From the human T2T-CHM13v2.0 reference genome, Homo sapiens: a stretch of DNA of 64,000 bases. Below the pieces are notes generated by a model. It was not told the DNA's origin and did not search any database. It saw nothing but the letters and a program-made list of their open reading frames with translations. The position numbers were made by a program, and so were the translations under genes. The stretch lies in NCBI RefSeq assembly GCF_009914755.1, contig NC_060928.1; one strand, written 5' to 3'. Every line of letters starts with the position of its first letter. The stretch's first letter is position 1. Positions 57,828-64,000 of the stretch are shown here, piece by piece.

Positions 57828-58612
57828 AGTCCCTTTACAGATAAGCATGTACATGAAGGCTTTCTTACTAAGAGTCAAAACCTCAGATATAATAGCCATA
57901 AATGCTCTGTGAGTCTATCATTTCCTTAAAAAAACATTTTCTCCCCTAGTTCTCTTCCACGTTAGGTCCACCAGTGATAATCATTTGACATCTTTTGTAC
58001 ATGGCCCAATGTGAGGGGACACTATTTTCTGATTAAGTGCAGCTCCTCTGTCTCTCCTGATAACAGTACAAGAAGTTCTTGTACTGCACCAAAGATTAGG
58101 ATCTGCAATCCAAAGGAACTGCAAGTGGAAACAGTGAGGAATGGGCCATGTGTCCAGATGGACCTGGGAGATCACCAACCCAAATATAGACAGCAAATTA
58201 ACAGCTACCATCTTGAGACAGTGTGTGCACGCAGCGGTTTAGAATTGGGGGAAGTAGTTAACTGAGACCCAGGTTTGGGTAAAGATACCACTGCAAGTAA
58301 TTGGCAGTCTTACTGAAAAACGGTAATAAACAGTTCCACAAAGAGGCATATCTAAGACCCTGAAATCAATGGCTTCATTTTGCTACCACTCAGTTTGAGT
58401 CTCCTTTTGCATTCTGAACTGCTGGGTAATGGGAGTCTTTTCTAACTAGAAGTGGTTTTCAGTATTAGCTGTTTGACAGAATCATTTGGGGCATCAAGTT
58501 CCCTATAGACACACTCAGGCCTCGTTGAATCCATCACTGAGGAATGAACCGTGCAGCTGTGTGGTGTATTCTGTCTGTGATCCAACAAGTGTTTAAGAAT
58601 GAGGGCTCTGGG

Positions 58613-58983
<371 letters not shown>

Positions 58984-61900
58984 TTAATTCTCTGTGCCTC
59001 CATTTCTTTATCTGTAAAATGGTGATTAGAATAGAACCTACTTTGCAGGGTAAAGTCTAAGCAACTTAATACATGTAAATGCAGAACACTATCAGGCACT
59101 TAAAAAGAATTCAATAAATGTTAGCAGTTATCACAACTTGGAGCTTGCAGCACCGCATCCAATTAGACCTCAGTTGTCCTTACTGTCTAGATTAATGCGT
59201 CATGCTGATAACATCTCTGAGGAATGAAGATGAGATTTGTTCAGGCAGAATTAAGTCAGCGAAAGCACCTGTTCCCCACTTCTGTTTTCTAAGTACAAAT
59301 ATGTTTTTCGGAATACTGAGTCTCATATGTCTCATATCAGGAAAATACAATCTATTTTTATTAACTATGTGAACAAAGATAAGAAGGGTTATTACAAAAG
59401 TTACTTTGCATATACTAGGTAGAAACAGCTAAAAGATGGCACAATGATGGCTTCATTTCTGTAAGAAATGGAGCAAATATCATTATAGGTTTTAATATAT
59501 GCCCCAGTAACTTCTCATTCTTGTTGTCAAATTCAAAATGGTATCTTAAGGTTTCATGTTTCCCAAAGACATACTGCTCTGGGTGACAGATTTCACAAAA
59601 GGTTAAAGGAACTCAAACATTCCAAATAAACTCAAAGCATGAGCGTGGGTGTGTGGCTTAGAATTATGTCTTCTGTGGGCATCGCAGGACATGAGAAGCA
59701 GTCTGACTAGAAAGGTCCCGCTGTCTCTGCCCCAGGGATGCTATTCTAACAAACTTAGTGACTGCAAAATCCAAGAAGCTACCCAAGAATGGATACATGA
59801 AAAAAATGGCTCTTTTCCTCAAAAGCTAATTCACTTGGATTTCTATACATGAAGACTCTTTTACTTTTCAAAAACATTTTTGGGGTTAGCTGATACAGTA
59901 TTTTACCAAGAAGGGCTCACATTGCTTTGCAGTATTTAGACTAGTACTTGAGACACACCAGTTGAGTAAAAAATAGAGGTGTGATAGCAGGGAAAATGCA
60001 ACTTATAAATCCAAGCATGGTTGAAATATCATTTTTAAGGCTTTAGAAAAAGGTGCATTTATTTAAAGTAATAGTAAGAGATATATATTGTACTGATATG
60101 CTTGTCACGTTAGTTTACAATGTGAGGAATACGCCACTAAGAATTGTGACTCAGTGGTGCTGCTGGATGCATGAGAGAGGTGTTAACAACTGCCAGATGA
60201 GAAATTGTCCAAATGCAAAGGTATTAGTAGAGTCAGAGGCCAAGGGAACATAGAAGGTGTTGGAAAGAACAATGGAGAGCAGAGAGAGCTGGGGTAGGAG
60301 CAGGAGGCCTGGGGTGGTGTGGAGGGAGAGGAGTACAATGTGGTAGTTAGGTCGAACAGGCTAGAAGCCACATGGTCAGAGAGGCTTGGAGCGAAGCAAC
60401 TAAGAACTCAGACTCCTGGGTTAGGGAGACTTGGGTCAGAGACCCCTGTCTGGCTTGGGTCAAGTAACCTAACCTCCTAATGCCTCAGTTTTCTCATTGG
60501 TAAAATCAGGATGACAACAGTGTCTCTTGTATAGAGTTTGCTGGAATTATATGAGATAATCTAGTTAGCACATAGTAAACAGGGAAGTAAACCAGGCATA
60601 AATATTCTAAAAATAGTGTGACCAGTAAATTCAAAGCTACCAAATTATTTTTATAAAACAGATAAGCCATTTTATGTTCAGTCAACTAAATGATGATTAA
60701 GAATTTCTCTACAAAATATATGCACATTACTTATTACATGCATATGTAAATATATATGAGCCCAATGTTAGATTACCAAAATAATTTTTCTTATAAACCT
60801 TGTCTTGATCTCTCACTGGTTTCTTTCAAGATTTTCATGACAGATGGGATTTCCTAAAAGTTTTAAGCAAGATATTTGTAATATAGAAAAAAAGGTGCTG
60901 AGTAAAATCATCCACTAGAGGGAGTAATGATATCACGCATAATGATGATGTGAATGGAAAAAAGAGAAATGGAAAAATGTTTGTATATCTGTCCTGAGGG
61001 TAGATATAATATGTGGGATTTAGGCACATTTGCAGTGGAACTGTTGGGATAAAAGTTAAAATTGCAAATTCCTAAGCTTTGTTCCAGATTTATATCTGGG
61101 GGTGTGGCCTAGGAATCTGCATTCCTGGCAGGCACTCCGAGAGATTTTTATATATGCTGAACTTTGACAATTACTTCCCTAAGGAAGGAAAAGTTCAGGG
61201 ACATATTTTAGAGTGGCATTGTAATATCTGACGGTTTTTCACAGAGTGAATATACTTTCACCTCCTTCCATATCCCCCCAAAAAACTCACCTAAATCTGA
61301 GTTGATTAATATCACCATGTAAGAACACAAATTACTTGAAAGTTTAATTAATAGATGCATTTAAACAAAGTTCCTTTAAAAATATTGAATCAATACTTGG
61401 TTGTCTGTTTTCTCTCGGAGGTTATGGTGAAAGATATTTTATCACACATTCTGAAAGAGAAGTCAGTATATTACTGCTTCAGGCATGTTGAACCAGCAGA
61501 AAATCTACTGAGCTGTGTCCATGAGGATACTTAATTATGGATTGTGGCTTCATAAAGAAAACAAAAGGAATAATTGGGTTACATTTCACAGTGGCATAGT
61601 CTCTCTTCCCCAGAGGTTGAAACCCTTGCCGAGCGGACTCTTGGATGACACTGCCATTGATGATGTTTTCCCTGGAAGCCCATTTCTGTTGTGGGCTCTT
61701 CGCCTCTTACCTCTTCAGTGAACAGCTATGGCACACGTGGAATCTGCACAGGTCTGTGGTCACTCTCTGTGCCTAAGTGATCATAGCCTTGCCGTTTAGG
61801 AGACAGTGCTCGTGTACTAAGCAGAAGCACAGACACTGGGAAGATTAAAAGAGAAAAGCTTTTAAAAATACCCAATTTTACCCCATCATTTTCTAGTTGA

Positions 61901-64000
61901 AGAAACTGAGGCCCAGAGCACTGAGTTGACTTACCCAGTCATTATTAGATGACATTATTAGATTTTTTTTTCGTTCAGGAGCTAATTATTAAAGCATCAC
62001 AATGTATCGGACATTGTTGTAGGATGCTAGGGAAGAAGACAGCCAAGATTTCTGCTTTGATGAAGCTTATATTAGGGTCCCAATTGTGGAATTTTGTGTA
62101 GTTGTTAAAATAGGGAACTGTGTAATTTTCCATCAATAAGAGATAATAGGTTTTGATTTCATAAGTGCTTCTATCCCTTTCTCAATTCTGTTGTGTATGT
62201 TTAGAAATGTCTTTCTAGAATATTCCTTTGGGTGGCAGCAAATAAAAAGAGAATCTTTTTGGAACCGTCTATTTGTATCTACCCACAGTAAGCTCATCTA
62301 CTGACAATCCATTGTTGATGCTTATTCTCATGGGTCAAAAAAATTCTTACATCCTATTTGCACTCTTTAATAGCAGTGTCACATCTGAACATTGTATTTA
62401 ATGTAATTGAGTTGATTTTTTTTTTTTACTCTCGAGAGTCTCTTAGCCACATATACACTTGAAATAAATCATATATATACGATTTATATATAAATAAAAC
62501 AGAATATATATTTGTACATATATTCTACTCCAGTTTAAATGAGAGCCTGTGAAACTTTAAGTATTGGTTCCAGTTTTGGATATAATAATACTTTAAAAAA
62601 TAGTGTTTTAGTTACTATATCTAAAAATCCATTTTATCAGTACTTTGATATCAAGCATGATTAATTGGCTCAATATATTACATTTGAATTTGTTTTTGGC
62701 ACCATACTGACTCAGCGTTTCTTAAGAATTTTGTCCTAAAACTGAAGATTTTTTTTTTTTTTTAAAGAGAAGATTCTTTTGGGGTATAGAAATTTCTTAA
62801 ATTGCATACAAAATATTGTGTGCATTTATTTTTTTCTGGGGAAAGGTCCATGATTTTCAATGGATTCTCAAAGAAATCGGAGACATTTTCCAAGTTAAAG
62901 TCCTTGCTTTAAACTGCTCTCCCTTGAATTGATTTAATAGCGATAGCAGGGAAGGGTTGGAGGTATACATAATCTCCACAGGCGGGAAATGAAACTTGTG
63001 GTTCAGGGACTTGGTATGTTTGGAAATCAAAAAATGACTTTGCAACCACAACTGGCCAAATTTCCTCATTTACAGCATTTAGGATGAAATCCCAAATGTT
63101 GATTCTCATCCTACTGGGTGATGGGAGAAAGTGTAAAATGCTCATTTGTGTTTACATGGCAATATTCAACTTTGTTTAATTATTTTGCTGTATAAGCTGT
63201 CCTATCCTATCATCTCCAAATACTGTTTTCCTCTAATTAGACAGCAGTTGGTTTGAACCAAAGAAAGCTTCAGGGGGACTAAGAATCTCATTCAGTTCCA
63301 AGGATACCAGAATAATTTGTCTGGGTCTTTGGGAGCCCATGCCAAGGGGTCTGTTTTTTTGTAATGATTCCTGAGGCCTTTATGCTTTCTATGTGAAATT
63401 TTTTGAGACATAGGTGATAATTTTTCACATTCTAGAACAGTTCCCATTTTTCTTCCTAAAGCTCAAGAGTGAGAACTGAACATGAAAGGAACTCATTTAA
63501 AAGTTCTTTAATAGCCTGTCGTTTTTCTTTCCTCTCTCTTTGGAAACCTAATAAAAATGGGTTAGCCTTGCTTTTCTTTTGCCTACATCCTTCATTCCCA
63601 CTTATTTACTATTATGATTATTATTTATAAATCTTCATGTTGAATACTTTTTCACTGAAGATTCAGTTGTCCATTTCTCTAGCATTATTGGATCACAGCC
63701 AGGGGATAGAGATTAAATGTTAAACCAATCTAATATTATTCCAGTAATTTGTTCTTACAGAAAGCAAGGAGGTAAGGTTCAGCGTCCACACTGAAAATGG
63801 AGCAGGAAGGTTTAATATTCCCATTTAAACATCTCCTTTCTATTGAAGAACATAAAAGTCTTCTGATACTTGAGCTGACCATGACAAAGAGGGGGAAAAA
63901 AGAAAAATTTGGGTTCTGTGAAAATACATGGAGTTGCATGGAATAGAGATTTGTCTGAAGAAACTGAGATGACTGAGTGTCTGAGCATGAGGTGGAAGGG

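Overview
Human-like (primate) genomic DNA that I recognise from the translated exons as the TMA16/MARCHF1 junction (human chr4q32, from memory). The + strand carries the complete 7-exon TMA16 (C4orf43) gene. It has a CpG-island promoter at about 130-1150, an exon 1 that contributes only the ATG (675-677), a 612-nt spliced CDS (203 aa plus stop at 25386-25388) and a likely poly(A) site near 26410. The - strand carries the last two coding exons of the MARCHF1 (MARCH1) RING-CH E3 ligase (51464-51611 and 34630-34928) and a roughly 4-kb AU-rich 3' UTR that converges on TMA16. The rest is intronic or intergenic sequence rich in Alu, L1, L2, MIR, MaLR LTR and DNA-transposon relics, and almost all other ORFs in the track are repeat-derived or random. 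I found no convincing new gene or 'system'. The most interesting signals are a cluster of six miR-155 seed matches in the MARCHF1 3' UTR, an AluY inserted at the apex of a near-perfect DNA hairpin, a divergent pair of strong CTCF motifs, an RFC1-like AAAAG-to-AGGGC pentanucleotide shift upstream of the TMA16 promoter, and several structurally odd retroelement insertions. Repeat subfamily names come from remembered consensus sequences and their boundaries are approximate.
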